From contig OZ246423.1 of NCBI GenBank assembly GCA_965231215.1, positions 608,001 to 672,000 of the forward strand: a stretch of 64,000 nt of DNA. Reading direction: 5' to 3'. Shown here one piece after another: positions 1 to 10,845 of the stretch. The notes below the pieces were generated by a model that saw only the letters and a list, made by a program, of their open reading frames with translations, was not told the origin of the DNA and did no database searches. A program made the position numbers and the translations under genes. Position 1 is the first letter of the stretch. Each line of letters starts with the position of its first letter. The DNA is from Candidatus Altimarinota bacterium. GTDB lineage: Bacteria; Patescibacteriota; Gracilibacteria; UBA4473.

Positions 1-2264
1 TCAACAGAAACAGAAGTTACCGTAACGTCTCCAGAATCATTGTTATCCAAAACAAACTTCATCATGGTTACATCATCTACCCCTGCTACGATTTCTTCAG
101 AAGTGGCAGCAAAACCGTCAGTTCGAGAAATAGTAAGGATAGATTCAAGTACTTCTACGAAAGAAGCTTCAGCTGAACCAAGAATTGATTCTAGTTGGTC
201 CCCTGTAGAGATGTACTCTGGAGAATCAAACGCTGTATTTTGAAGTTCCATTTTTACAGAAGATCCACTAACAGCATTGTCTTCAACGTTCCCTACAAGT
301 TTAAGGATTGAAGTACCAGCGATTTCAAACGTAGTGTTGAAATCAAGTACAGCATCAGAAATAGCAGTTCCAGTGAAGTCATTTTCAGTGTCGATAAGTT
401 TATCGTTTAGGTAGAGTCGGAAGTTATCGAAGTAGCTGTTCAAAGTAGTAAGATCAGCAATATTTTGAACTTCAGCAACATTCAAAGCAATACCATCAAC
501 AATAACTGGTTGATCAACAACAAGTCGAGCTGTAAGGAATACTACGTCGTTTGAACCAGGAGCGTACTCTTGGTTATTTAGAGATGAAGGATCTCGAGAG
601 ATAGTAAGGTCACCAGCTTCGATTTCGTAAGCTTTAAGACGCGCACAGTCGTCTTCAGCGTCTTCACCAGCACAAGAAGTAGTAGTAGCTGTAGTAGTCG
701 TTCCGCTTAGAGAAAGACCGTTTCCTGTATCACCTACAGCTTTTACACCGAAGGCTGTACCGATTTCTACTCCTACAATGTCTTCAAAGTTGTCCACTTT
801 TAGGTTCACTACGTCTCCTTTTTCAGCTGAAACAATATCAGACCGAACAGAGAAGATTCGACTGTCACCGTCTTCAATGATGTAACCACCAGTTACACCG
901 TTATCAAGACGGAAAGTCATGTAATCACCATCAATGATAGTTTCAGCCGAAACTTGTTCACCAGAAACGTAAAGACCTACGTTTTCAAGGTTGTCTTCAA
1001 GTTCAGCCGTACCATCATTTTTGAAGGTAACAGCTCGAAGCTCTACATCTTTATTAGAGTTAGAAGCATTGAGAAGTCGGAATTTACCGATTTCAACAAA
1101 ACTGTCTCCAACATCGATAGTTGTATCAGCTCCTAGAGTAGAGAAATTAAGTTGAGTAACTTCGTATGAAGCCACTTCCATTTCTTCTCCTTCTACTGGG
1201 AAGTCTCCAGCAATGTTAGCCGCAGAGCTTACAATGTCGTCAGCAGAAACCAATACGAATCGGTTGTGATGACCTACATTTTTGTCAGTATCAGAGAATT
1301 TAAGAGAAGACACTACGTCAGCAACGATAGTTTGACCAGCTGGAACAACAATTGGAGGGTTGAATCGAAGTTCAACAACATCATCGTTGTTTACTGATTT
1401 ATCGTTCCCAACTTTGAACCCGTCGATTTCAAGCCAAACGTTGTCGAAATCGTCGTTGTCCCCAAGACCAAGACGTGTGAAAGTCATAGAAGAAATTTCA
1501 ACATCAGAGTCATCAGAGGCGGTTAGTTCAACCGTAGTAAACGGAACAGAAGTAGCGTTGAATGGGATATTAGTTCCTCGTGGAGTATCGTTAGAAAGAA
1601 CAACTTCAAGTGTTCCTTCAGCGATTCCAGAGAATCCACCAAGCGCTACTAGTTGACAATCGTAAACAATTTTAACCGTTTCTGCACGAGTTACAGCGTT
1701 TCCAGGACCGAAAGTCCCGTCTCCGTAACCACGCATACAACCGTTGTTGTAGATAGTTTCTACGTAACCGTAGAACCAATCACCAGCGTTTACATCGTCA
1801 AAGTGAGGCGCACCAGAAAGGTCTTGATCTAGCAAGAACCCGTTAACCACCATTTTGGCGATTTCGGCGCGGTTAATACCAACTCCAGGTCGGAACATCC
1901 CATCAGGGTATCCGTTAATCCAACCTTGGTTGTACATAGTTTCAATAAAATCGTAGTACCAAGCATCTTCCGCTACATCAGGGAAGTGAGGTCCACCAGT
2001 GGTGTCCATGTCAACACCAGTCGCAAGTACAATAACTTTAGATACTTCAGCTCGGTTCAGTTGTCTGTTTGGAGCGAAAGATCCATCGTCATTACCACCT
2101 ACTACACCTTGGTCCATAAGTTCTTCAATAGCTTCTTCAGCCCAAGAAGGGATTTCAGCATCATCTGTAAACCCAAGGTTAGCTGCGTGAGCTACACCAA
2201 AGAGGGCCACAGAAGAAAGAACTACGGTAGCAAGGCTTTGTCGCAAAGAAGCAAACAATTCCAT
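1..2264 (-). CDS. S-layer homology (SLH) domain surface protein; runs off the window edge
   Basis: Not in the ORF track. Hand translation from ATG 2264 gives MELFASLRQSLATVVLSSVALFGVAHAA (signal peptide), then three SLH repeats (FAPNRQLNRAE, FRPGVGINRAE, FGPGNAVTRAE) and a long T/D/V/S-rich region. The frame is still sense at base 3. Confidence 0.9.
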   Translation of the reverse strand, partial: MELFASLRQSLATVVLSSVALFGVAHAANLGFTDDAEIPSWAEEAIEELMDQGVVGGNDDGSFAPNRQLNRAEVSKVIVLATGVDMDTTGGPHFPDVAEDAWYYDFIETMYNQGWINGYPDGMFRPGVGINRAEIAKMVVNGFLLDQDLSGAPHFDDVNAGDWFYGYVETIYNNGCMRGYGDGTFGPGNAVTRAETVKIVYDCQLVALGGFSGIAEGTLEVVLSNDTPRGTNIPFNATSVPFTTVELTASDDSDVEISSMTFTRLGLGDNDDFDNVWLEIDGFKVGNDKSVNNDDVVELRFNPPIVVPAGQTIVADVVSSLKFSDTDKNVGHHNRFVLVSADDIVSSAANIAGDFPVEGEEMEVASYEVTQLNFSTLGADTTIDVGDSFVEIGKFRLLNASNSNKDVELRAVTFKNDGTAELEDNLENVGLYVSGEQVSAETIIDGDYMTFRLDNGVTGGYIIEDGDSRIFSVRSDIVSAEKGDVVNLKVDNFEDIVGVEIGTAFGVKAVGDTGNGLSLSGTTTTATTTSCAGEDAEDDCARLKAYEIEAGDLTISRDPSSLNNQEYAPGSNDVVFLTARLVVDQPVIVDGIALNVAEVQNIADLTTLNSYFDNFRLYLNDKLIDTENDFTGTAISDAVLDFNTTFEIAGTSILKLVGNVEDNAVSGSSVKMELQNTAFDSPEYISTGDQLESILGSAEASFVEVLESILTISRTDGFAATSEEIVAGVDDVTMMKFVLDNNDSGDVTVTSVSV

Positions 2265-2692
2265 GGTATATAGTCTTTAAAAAATAAAAGGAATAACAGA
2301 GGCGCAAGTCCTCTGGTTTATAATAAATTGATAATCTCGTCATTATCAGCAACGCCGCTAAACCATTTTTGTACACAAAAATTTGTTTTGCTTCGTTACC
2401 GCTTCCTCTCCTCACAAAAGCGCCAGAGAGCTTTATTGGAAAATTTCAATGCACTCCGCTTTTGTTCGGCGGTAAGATTATTTTCTAGAAAGGTTATAAA
2501 AAGGTCCAAACCTCCCCGGCCACGGTGTAAAAGAACGCTTCATTTTTTCGCTGTACCGGCGACCTAACACCAGAAACGAATATGGGAATCTGAAATTTTC
2601 CAGAAAAGTCCATATCGTGAAGTGGGGCGATCCTAGGCAAAAGCGGGACAGAGTCAAGCTTTCACGCGGGAATTTAACCACCGTAAATTATA
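2265..2692 (-). promoter_or_regulatory. Long structured 5' leader of the S-layer gene
   Basis: TATAAT on the minus strand at 2687-2692. Several inverted repeats follow, e.g. CGTGAA...TTCACG and CAGAGG...CCTCTG with a T-rich tract ~30 nt before the ATG. Confidence 0.45.
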
Positions 2693-2805
2693 ACGCCTCA
2701 CCCCTACAAGCGTTACCAAAATAAACCCCAAAAAGACGCTTTCACCTTGAAAAAAGGCAAAAACATTTTTTATTAAACAAAAAACAGCCTAAAAGTTTCT
2801 AAAAA

Positions 2806-3279
2806 CTATTGCTCTGCCCCCTCTGTAGAAGCCGATTCAGGCGATTCTCCAGAAATTTGGAATGAATCTTTGAGATTTTGCCCAGCACTGTTTAGTTTTT
2901 GCAGCGCTTCCTGGGTTTCAGTAAGGGCTTTTTGAGTTTCGAGGAGTCTTTTTTGAATTGCTACCAATTTCTCTTTTCCTTCCCCGGCCTTGGCTATGAG
3001 TGTTTCTTCTAGCTCCTGCGCTTTTTTATCTAGTTCAAACAGGCGTTTTTTAAGATCATTAGCCTCCATATTTTTAAATTCCTGCAGGTTCACCTCCCTG
3101 CCCAGAACTTCTTTTACCACCTCTGGAACTGGCACTGTATCCTCATTTTTATTAAGCCAGTCTAGAAGAGGGTCTTTATACAAAAAGGCCGCCACAAGCA
3201 ACAGTCCAAAAATTAAAAATTTAGAGCCTTTCCCTGAGGGCCTTTTGTATCGATCATAGTATTTGTAATAACGCTTCAT
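2806..3279 (-). CDS. Membrane-anchored coiled-coil hypothetical protein
   Basis: Basic N-terminus, one hydrophobic segment (FLIFGLLLVAAFLY) and a heptad-like E/K/L-rich region. Abuts the upstream gene's stop. Confidence 0.75.
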   Translation of the reverse strand: MKRYYKYYDRYKRPSGKGSKFLIFGLLLVAAFLYKDPLLDWLNKNEDTVPVPEVVKEVLGREVNLQEFKNMEANDLKKRLFELDKKAQELEETLIAKAGEGKEKLVAIQKRLLETQKALTETQEALQKLNSAGQNLKDSFQISGESPESASTEGAEQ

Positions 3280-3281
3280 CA

Positions 3282-3617
3282 CTAAAACTTAAAGAGGTTT
3301 TTAATGTCTTTCCCTTTAAAGGTTTTGAGATCCTCTTTGAGGCCCTTGAGGGATTCCTGGTTAATTTTGCCTTTTGGGATATGCACAAATCCGTTTGGGG
3401 CAACTGGCCGAATTTTTTCTGGTTTCTGGTTAAGTCCAATCTCAGCTGAGATATGTGACTTGGCTTCACAGCAATCACAGAGAGCCGAAAATTCAACCTG
3501 ATTTCCATTTACCGCAATAATGTCAATGTTTTCAGCCGCAAACTTAGCCTTACATTTAGGACAGCAAATTTGACTTTGAATTCGAGTAATAATTTTTTGT
3601 AGATATTCAATTTTCAT
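3282..3617 (-). CDS. Zn-ribbon hypothetical protein
   Basis: Cysteine pairs CPKC...CDCC. Confidence 0.7.
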   Translation of the reverse strand: MKIEYLQKIITRIQSQICCPKCKAKFAAENIDIIAVNGNQVEFSALCDCCEAKSHISAEIGLNQKPEKIRPVAPNGFVHIPKGKINQESLKGLKEDLKTFKGKDIKNLFKF

Positions 3618-3856
3618 CGTTCTTATTTTATATCAGATTGCCTGATGAATTACGAAGTAATTTTGAAGAAAAATAAACTTCTAAGGTCGAAATTAGTATA
3701 TACAAATAAATATAAAAAAACACAAATTTTTGGAAGAGAAAATTTTAAGAACACAGAAATTCGAGGTATTAAAAAAGTATCGCAGATAAGCGTATTTCGA
3801 TGTACACGTTCGAGAAATTTTTTTAATAACAATGCCTTTCAAAGCTATTAATATTT

Positions 3857-5320
3857 TTAACCTCTGTAGTTTGGCGCTTCTTTCAGAATCGAAACATCAT
3901 GTGGGTGAGACTCTTTGAGACCACTGCCGGTAATCTGCACAAATTTAGTTTTGGACCAAAAGTCGTTTAGGTCTTTAGCCCCACAGTATCCCATAGAACT
4001 TCGGATCCCTCCTTGTAGCTGAAAGATTTCTCCATCAACTTTTCCTTTGAGCAGGATTTTTCCTTCAATCCCTTCTGGGACGAGTTTCTCATCTGCTACG
4101 TTGCTTTGGGCATAGCGTTCTTTTCCTCCTTTTTTCATGGCCGCAAGAGAGCCCATACCTCGGTAATATTTGTAGGTTTTCCCTTCAGCGTAAATAATTT
4201 CCCCCGGAGATTCTTCAGTTCCAGCCAGCATTGATCCAACCATGACGGTGCTCGCTCCAGCCGCAAGAGCTTTAGCGGCATCTCCTGAATATTTAATTCC
4301 TCCGTCAGCAATAAGTGGAATCCCTTTTTTCTGAGCCATTTTAGCTGACTCCATTACCGCAAATAACTGGGGCACTCCTACTCCGGCAATCACGCGCGTA
4401 GTACAGATAGAGCCTGGCCCAATACCAACTTTCACTCCATCAGCTCCTACCTTGGCCAAAGCCTCAACGGCTTCTTGAGTCGCAACATTGCCCCCTACTA
4501 CGTCTTTTTTCGGGTAGTTCTTTTTAATATACGCTACGGTATCAAGCACCCCTTTTGAGTGTCCATGTGCCGTATCTACTAGGAGGACATCTACACCGGC
4601 GTCTACCAGTGCTTGCACTCGCTCTTCCATATTAGCTGCTGGCCCTACAGCCGCCGCCACTAGCAGTCTTTTGTGTGCGTCCTTCGCCGCATTTGGATAG
4701 TCTTCATTTTTCTCAATATCTTTTCGAGTCATAAGGGCATAGAGCGTTCCATCAGGGTTTAAAATCAATAACTTAGAGTGTTTTGATTCTTCTAACACAT
4801 CGTTGGCATCCGTAAGCTCTAGTGGCGCCTGAGCGGTAAGCAGTTTGTTTACGCCCCGCATACGATCTTTAATCAGAAGGGTCGCATGCTTGTATTTTAG
4901 ATAGTCATTTCGGGTAATAAGCCCTACTACTTTTGAGTCTAAAGTCCCGTCTTCTGTAATAGGAACTGCCTTAAATCCATGTCGCTCTCGGATTTCAATT
5001 ACGTCTGTGATTTTATGATTTGGCGAAAGGACTAATGGATCACGAATAAATCCGTTTTCAAACCTTTTCACCCTTTGCACCATCTCGGCCTGATCTGCCG
5101 GTTCACAATTTTTATGAATGACCCCAATCCCTCCATGAAGCGCCATAGCAATAGCCATTCGGTCTTCAGTCACCGTATCCATGGCCGCTGAAATAATCGG
5201 CATGTTGAGGCTTATGTTGCGAGTTAACTGGGTTTTTAAACTCACCTCTTTCGGCAAAATTTCAGAATACTGAGGTACCAAAAGTACATCATCAAACGTA
5301 AGCGCTAAAGGAATGTCCAT
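3857..5320 (-). CDS. guaB: IMP dehydrogenase
   Basis: [31 protein letters not shown] (catalytic Cys), ADGGI, YRGMGS and a CBS pair. Start placed at MDIPL. Confidence 0.97.
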   Translation of the reverse strand: MDIPLALTFDDVLLVPQYSEILPKEVSLKTQLTRNISLNMPIISAAMDTVTEDRMAIAMALHGGIGVIHKNCEPADQAEMVQRVKRFENGFIRDPLVLSPNHKITDVIEIRERHGFKAVPITEDGTLDSKVVGLITRNDYLKYKHATLLIKDRMRGVNKLLTAQAPLELTDANDVLEESKHSKLLILNPDGTLYALMTRKDIEKNEDYPNAAKDAHKRLLVAAAVGPAANMEERVQALVDAGVDVLLVDTAHGHSKGVLDTVAYIKKNYPKKDVVGGNVATQEAVEALAKVGADGVKVGIGPGSICTTRVIAGVGVPQLFAVMESAKMAQKKGIPLIADGGIKYSGDAAKALAAGASTVMVGSMLAGTEESPGEIIYAEGKTYKYYRGMGSLAAMKKGGKERYAQSNVADEKLVPEGIEGKILLKGKVDGEIFQLQGGIRSSMGYCGAKDLNDFWSKTKFVQITGSGLKESHPHDVSILKEAPNYRG

Positions 5321-5405
5321 AGGGTATAAAAATTTGACCAAAACTAGAAAAAACTGACACCAAAGTCAAGAAAATAAGGGACTAAGAGATTAAACTCCAA
5401 CGAGA

Positions 5406-6749
5406 CTAAAAAATATAATCCACTTTTTCTTGCAGAATCTGTGCCAAATCTGGAGCTAAACTCTCGGATAATTTTTCTAAAAATTCTCGAGCCTGGGTGT
5501 TGGCTGGCAGCTGATCTACCGCCTCGTTGAGAGTAGCGATCTGATCAATTTTAACCGGTTGGTTTTGTACTTTTTGAAGCACTGAAATCACATAAGTATC
5601 AGCCAGATCCAAAATGACTTCTGATTGACTTTCATCCCCGAGCGAAGCTAAGTACCCAAGCAGAACATATCTATCATAAGCCTTGACCCCAGTATCCACC
5701 GGAGCAAAAGCAATGTTATTCTTATTGTACGCTAACACATCAAAGATAGTTTTAACCGCCAGCGCTTCTGTGAGAATATCGGCTCTCTGCGTTTTGAGGG
5801 CTAATTCTGTGAAGACTTCATCCAGCGTGTAGTTTTCGGTATTTACTCTTTTGGTAATTTCTAAATCCCGCGTGGTCTCAAATACTTGGAGAATAGATCG
5901 AAAGGTTTTTTCAGCTGAAACAATATCTCTGTGGGCGGCATTTCTTTCTCCGTCCAACATTTTTTTTACTCCAGTAAGTATTTTTGAACGGGCAATAGCC
6001 AGCTTCCCAAGAGCCGCTGCAATTTGATCATTGGAAAGACTCAAATCTTGTGGAATATGAGCTGACTGTAAAAAAGTATCACTTCGTAACAATACCTCTT
6101 CTCCACGAGCGGCCATAAGCTGCCCGCTGTGAAGATCAAAAATCTGAACGGTTTTAGCCGTTGGCAAAACTCGAGTTTCTCCCGTTGGGTTTACCTCAAT
6201 AGCTACGCCACTCCCGCTTTGTCCTTGCACCAACCCTTTTTTAGTTCGCACTTTAAAGTCTTGCAGGCTCGTTCCCTGTAGTGACCCTTCGGCCAAAAAG
6301 ATTTCATCTGATTCTAGCACCCGCAGTTTGGTGCCTGGTTTAATACGAGAAGCAAAATTATCACTGATAAACTGAGCCTTTCCTCTATTACCTACCTTAA
6401 TCCAATCTCCTACGTAAAGATCCGCTTCGTCGTTAATTAGATAACTCTCATTGCCTCGAATAACTTCCACCACCCCGTCTTCTGTTTTTACTTTTCCAGC
6501 AATGGTTTGGTTGTTCGTAAAGGGCGTATTAAACGTCCCCACCAGTCCCAAAACAAAAACACTCAAAACCCCATATTTTAGGGACGGAGAAAAAAACCAA
6601 CTCCATCGGTTTCTAAAGGTATTCACCGGAGAGACTTCAAAGGCTCTAAGCGCGCGATTTTTTACCCTAAAACGAGCACTCCCAGAGGCGTGACTTTGCC
6701 CTTTTTGTAAAATTTCTTTTATACGAAGTTCTATCCCTTCAAATCTCAT
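5406..6749 (-). CDS. FecR-domain membrane protein
   Basis: Single TM segment followed by a FecR-like pattern (GVVEVIRG...LYVGDWIKVG...LAEGSL...VRTKKG). Confidence 0.65.
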   Translation of the reverse strand: MRFEGIELRIKEILQKGQSHASGSARFRVKNRALRAFEVSPVNTFRNRWSWFFSPSLKYGVLSVFVLGLVGTFNTPFTNNQTIAGKVKTEDGVVEVIRGNESYLINDEADLYVGDWIKVGNRGKAQFISDNFASRIKPGTKLRVLESDEIFLAEGSLQGTSLQDFKVRTKKGLVQGQSGSGVAIEVNPTGETRVLPTAKTVQIFDLHSGQLMAARGEEVLLRSDTFLQSAHIPQDLSLSNDQIAAALGKLAIARSKILTGVKKMLDGERNAAHRDIVSAEKTFRSILQVFETTRDLEITKRVNTENYTLDEVFTELALKTQRADILTEALAVKTIFDVLAYNKNNIAFAPVDTGVKAYDRYVLLGYLASLGDESQSEVILDLADTYVISVLQKVQNQPVKIDQIATLNEAVDQLPANTQAREFLEKLSESLAPDLAQILQEKVDYIF

Positions 6750-6869
6750 GCCTTAGTTCTAACGTGTTAGTTCTAGATTTGTTACGAAAATTTATGAAAA
6801 AGAAAGGAATCAAACCCCGCTTCAAGACTCTTTTTGGTTGATGAATACATCCGACGTTTGAAAATATTT

Positions 6870-7328
6870 TTACAATTCTTTTACTAGATCTTTCCCCTCG
6901 CCCCCAAATCGGGTACATATCCAGTCAATAAAAGCCCCCCAAATAAGACCTTCCAGAGCCACTTGAACCACGGGATACGTATAAGAAATGACAAAATTTG
7001 GGTAATCTACAAACGCTGCCACAATCTCATCATGAATCAGTAAGCCAAGAATTAAATTCAGAAAAAATCCAATCATTGCTCCTCGGAAAAGTGGCGCCAA
7101 ACGGAATTTTAGCCAAGGGTACTCCACAAAGATCCCACATAAAGCAATCACCGACCCAAGCAATACATACCATCCCCAAACCCCAAACCGAAGTATCAAA
7201 TCAGATTCTGGAGCAAGCGCCGGTATGGCCATAAAGATAACCGCCCCGATGATAAGCCCTAGCAGCTTTCCAGCCAAGAGTCGTTTCATTATTGAGGCTT
7301 TCTGTTTCTTTTTCTTGAAGGACCACAT
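6870..7328 (-). CDS. Multi-pass membrane hypothetical protein
   Basis: About 4 hydrophobic segments. Confidence 0.75.
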   Translation of the reverse strand: MWSFKKKKQKASIMKRLLAGKLLGLIIGAVIFMAIPALAPESDLILRFGVWGWYVLLGSVIALCGIFVEYPWLKFRLAPLFRGAMIGFFLNLILGLLIHDEIVAAFVDYPNFVISYTYPVVQVALEGLIWGAFIDWICTRFGGEGKDLVKEL

Positions 7329-7334
7329 GTTAGG

Positions 7335-7922
7335 TTATTTTAGTTGTAATGAAATGTCTTCGATAACCACGTCTTCAAAGGGTTTATCTAGACTGTCTGT
7401 AGGTAGTTTAGCAATTTTATCCACAATATCCATCCCTTTTGTAACATGACCAAAAATAGTATGCCTTCCATCTAAGTATTTCGTGTCTGGAGCCTGCACA
7501 ATAAAAAACTGGGACCCATTCGTTCCAGGGCCTCTATTAGCCATAGAAACCGCCCCTCGAACATGAGAGAGCGTTTTATCAATTTCATCTTCAAATTCAT
7601 CCCCCCAAGCACTTTTCCCTCCAGTTCCATCAAAGTTCTCATAGTCTCCCCCCTGAATCATAAACCCATCAATAACTCGGTGAAAAAGAGTCTCGTCATA
7701 CTTGCCCCCGCGAGCCAAGAGCCAGAAATTTTCAGCTGTTTTAGGGGTCTGCGCGTGATACAGTTGAATCTGAATATCGCCCTGGTTGGTATGCAGCGTT
7801 ACATAATCAGCTTTGATAGGGAGCAGAGAGGAAAGCACACTTTTGCCATACATTTCATTCAGCCCCAATCCTACCAAAAACGCCACAGCCAAAAAGAAAA
7901 GGATATTTCGCATTAGGCCCAT
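7335..7922 (-). CDS. Cyclophilin-type peptidyl-prolyl isomerase, membrane-anchored
   Basis: FHRVIDGFMIQGGD, SMANRGPGTNGSQFFI, LDGRHTIFG. Confidence 0.95.
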   Translation of the reverse strand: MGLMRNILFFLAVAFLVGLGLNEMYGKSVLSSLLPIKADYVTLHTNQGDIQIQLYHAQTPKTAENFWLLARGGKYDETLFHRVIDGFMIQGGDYENFDGTGGKSAWGDEFEDEIDKTLSHVRGAVSMANRGPGTNGSQFFIVQAPDTKYLDGRHTIFGHVTKGMDIVDKIAKLPTDSLDKPFEDVVIEDISLQLK

Positions 7923-7952
7923 TCTTTACGCTTTTAGAAAAAGATGCAAATT

Positions 7953-8405
7953 TTATTTCACCAACTTTGAAGCTATAAATCCAGCCTCAAGCGCCGCCTG
8001 CTTAGTCTGAAAAAACCGTCGGTGTTTTACCGCTGTGCCTCTAGCTGGATAGGTATGACTAGGATAGAATTTCTTCGTTTTGGCATTGCCTGTATAAGCA
8101 AAGTTTTTAAACGCCAGATCATTTTCATCTGGAATTTGCCCCAGTGGTATTTGGTGCCATCCGTCTCCCTCTATGAAGTTTGTACTGCCCCAAACTACCC
8201 GGCCTGGCCCTGAAACCTCCAAGTGCAGCTGATCCCCTTCAACTCGTTCCAACACAATGACCGAAATTTCTGGCTTTGGTTCTTGGTGCTCAACTTCCAG
8301 CGTTGAGGCTTTTAGATTTTTTTCGGTTATCAAATGCCCCAACCCAAAACTAAGAAAAGCAAAAATCACAAGGGGAATCACCGTAGAGAATGGCACAAGC
8401 TTCAT
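7953..8405 (-). CDS. Membrane-anchored protein with an Ada-metal-binding-like C-terminus
   Basis: N-terminal TM. C-terminal YTGNAKTKKFYP...FFQTKQAALEAGF pattern, with no Cys. Confidence 0.65.
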   Translation of the reverse strand: MKLVPFSTVIPLVIFAFLSFGLGHLITEKNLKASTLEVEHQEPKPEISVIVLERVEGDQLHLEVSGPGRVVWGSTNFIEGDGWHQIPLGQIPDENDLAFKNFAYTGNAKTKKFYPSHTYPARGTAVKHRRFFQTKQAALEAGFIASKLVK

Positions 8406-8527
8406 GGCTCTAACCTCTAAAAATTAGGGCGTCACTTCAAGACCGCTTCTTAAATGTATCTTCATGCAAGAACCGTTGACTTTTACCCCAAAAAACACAC
8501 AATCTTTTGGCTTTTATTTTAAAATTC

Positions 8528-10291
8528 ATGCTCCGTACACACACTTGTAACCAACTAAGAACTCAAGATATTGACCAAGAAATCACCCTTTCTGGGTGGG
8601 TAAATAACCGACGTGATCACGGAGGCATTATTTTTATAGACCTGCGAGATGCGCAGGGAATCACCCAGGTCGTGTTTGACCCTACGGCTAATCCAGAGGC
8701 TCATAAAGAAGCTGAACACGTACGCTCTGAGTGGGTATTGCAAGTCACCGGAAAGGTGCGCGCTCGAGGAGAAGGATTAGAAAATCCAAAACTTGATACG
8801 GGGGAAATTGAGGTTATCACTCAGGAACTCAAAGTTCTAAATTCAGCCAAAACCCCTCCTTTTGAGCTCAATCATGAAGAATCAATTCGAGAAGATCTCC
8901 GCCTTGAACACCGCTACCTAGATCTGCGAAATCCTCGGATGCAGCGCAATCTAAAATTACGCCACGATATGACCAAAGTCATTCGAGACTATTTTGATAG
9001 AAACCAATTTTTAGAGATTGAAACCCCCATCATGGTAAAAGGAACTCCGGAAGGTTCACGGGAATACCTCGTTCCAAGCCGGCTTCATCGAGGCGAATTT
9101 TATGTGCTCCCTCAGTCTCCACAACAACTCAAACAACTTCTTATGTGTGGAGGAATCGATAAATATTTCCAGATTGCTAGATGTTTCCGAGACGAAGATC
9201 TTCGAGGAGACCGACAACCAGAATTCACCCAATTTGAGATCGAAATGGCCTTCTGCACACAAGAAGATGTCATCAATGTGATTGAAAATTGTTTTCATGA
9301 CCTCACTGAAAAATGTGCCCCAAACAAGGAATGGAAAAAATTTCTCGTAGATGGCAAATTTCTTCGACTCACCTGGCAAGAAGCCATGGAAAAATATGGT
9401 TCAGACAAACCAGACCTTCGGTTTGGTCTAGAATTTACAGAGATGACCGAAGAAAAAGAAGGCTGTGGTTTTGGGGTCTTTGAAGGCGCCGAAAGACTCT
9501 TTGCTATGCGCATACCAGACGGAACCAAACTTTCACGAAAAGATATCGATGATCTCACTAAACTAGCTCAACAAAATGGAGCCGGCGGCCTGGCCTGGGT
9601 ACGAGTAGGCGAAGACAGCGGCCCGGTTATGAAAAATTCAAACCCCCAATTTATAGAATCTTTAGTCAAAAAAACGGAAGCCCAAGACGGCGATCTTATT
9701 TTCTTTGGCGCTGGACCATTCCTGCAAGCTGTTGAACCTTTAGGGGCGGTTAGACTCGCCGTAGGCGATTTATTTAAACTCAGAGATAAAGATATGTTTG
9801 CCTACCTGTGGGTCATAGATTTCCCGATGTTTGAAGCCAAAGAAGACGGTTCTATCCAAGCCGCTCATCATCCATTTACTCGACCTAATAAAGAAGATAT
9901 TGACCGCCTTGAATCTGACCCAATGTCCGTTCGATCTTACGCGTATGATGTAGTCCTCAATGGAGTAGAACTAGGAGGCGGCTCTATTCGGATTCATGAA
10001 CAAGAACTGCAGCATAGAATGTTTAAAGCCCTTGGAATGGAAGAAGCCGAACTTCAAGCCAAATTCGGACACATCCTTAAAGCCTTCCAATTCGGAACCC
10101 CTCCACACGGAGGCTGTGCCATGGGACTTGATAGAGTAGTAATGCTGTTTGCTGATGAACCAAATATTCGTGAAGTGATCGCCTTCCCCAAAAACCAATC
10201 GGCCCAAGACCTTATGCTTGGAGCACCATCGGTTATGCCAGACAAAGAAGTAGAAGAACAAAACATTCAAGTCCTTCCAGCAGAAGACTAG
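8528..10291 (+). CDS. aspS: Aspartate--tRNA ligase (likely non-discriminating)
   Basis: MLRTHTC, RRDHGG (His is typical of the ND type), LPQSPQ, FRDEDLRGDRQPEFTQ, PPHGG, IAFPK. Confidence 0.97.
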   Translation: MLRTHTCNQLRTQDIDQEITLSGWVNNRRDHGGIIFIDLRDAQGITQVVFDPTANPEAHKEAEHVRSEWVLQVTGKVRARGEGLENPKLDTGEIEVITQELKVLNSAKTPPFELNHEESIREDLRLEHRYLDLRNPRMQRNLKLRHDMTKVIRDYFDRNQFLEIETPIMVKGTPEGSREYLVPSRLHRGEFYVLPQSPQQLKQLLMCGGIDKYFQIARCFRDEDLRGDRQPEFTQFEIEMAFCTQEDVINVIENCFHDLTEKCAPNKEWKKFLVDGKFLRLTWQEAMEKYGSDKPDLRFGLEFTEMTEEKEGCGFGVFEGAERLFAMRIPDGTKLSRKDIDDLTKLAQQNGAGGLAWVRVGEDSGPVMKNSNPQFIESLVKKTEAQDGDLIFFGAGPFLQAVEPLGAVRLAVGDLFKLRDKDMFAYLWVIDFPMFEAKEDGSIQAAHHPFTRPNKEDIDRLESDPMSVRSYAYDVVLNGVELGGGSIRIHEQELQHRMFKALGMEEAELQAKFGHILKAFQFGTPPHGGCAMGLDRVVMLFADEPNIREVIAFPKNQSAQDLMLGAPSVMPDKEVEEQNIQVLPAED

Positions 10292-10347
10292 TGCAGCACA
10301 AAAAGGGATTTTAATTTACTACAATTTTAGGTAAGATTGGTCAAGAA

Positions 10348-10815
10348 ATGTTCCTCAATCTCCAAAAATACATCACCCCAAATGAAACTATCGTGTTTCG
10401 ATTTGGAATTGGGCTGCAGTATGTGATTGTTTCTATAAGCCTATGGACCATTTTTTTGGGAGGGCTTTCTTATTATTTCAGGTATGTTGGAGGGGGCGAT
10501 TTTTTGGTGAAAATTTTACTAACATTGCTCATCCTTATTAGTTTTTATTACCTCCTCAAATACCTTACCACAGCCTACTTTGTAACCGATATAAAAATTT
10601 ATAAACGTGTAGGCGTAGGATTTGTAAAAGTTACCAGCGCCAAACACAAAGAAGTAGATGACATGATTGTAGTTCAGGGATTTGCAGAGTGGCTCCTTTT
10701 CCGTACTGGAACCTTAAAGTTCAACACTCCAGGATCGGCCGGGTTTGAAATCGTTATGCCTCGAGTCGAGTCCCCAAACACCATAAAAAAACAGATTTAC
10801 GAAGCCTGGAAATAA
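10348..10815 (+). CDS. Bacterial PH-domain membrane protein
   Basis: Two TM helices, then YFVTD..IYKRVG...VVQG...TGTL, a bPH_2-like pattern. Confidence 0.75.
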   Translation: MFLNLQKYITPNETIVFRFGIGLQYVIVSISLWTIFLGGLSYYFRYVGGGDFLVKILLTLLILISFYYLLKYLTTAYFVTDIKIYKRVGVGFVKVTSAKHKEVDDMIVVQGFAEWLLFRTGTLKFNTPGSAGFEIVMPRVESPNTIKKQIYEAWK

Positions 10816-10845
10816 ACTCAAAATTTCGATTACTGTTGCCTCCCA

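Noticed and set aside
40-2273. Short + strand ORFs in the track
   Set aside because: They are antisense shadows of the S-layer gene. The same applies to most 60-140 aa ORFs overlapping recognised genes.
2630-2660. GGCAAAAGCGGGAC resembling a c-di-GMP-I riboswitch core
   Set aside because: It is on the opposite strand to the downstream gene and lacks the GAAA-tetraloop stem and GCAAAGC.
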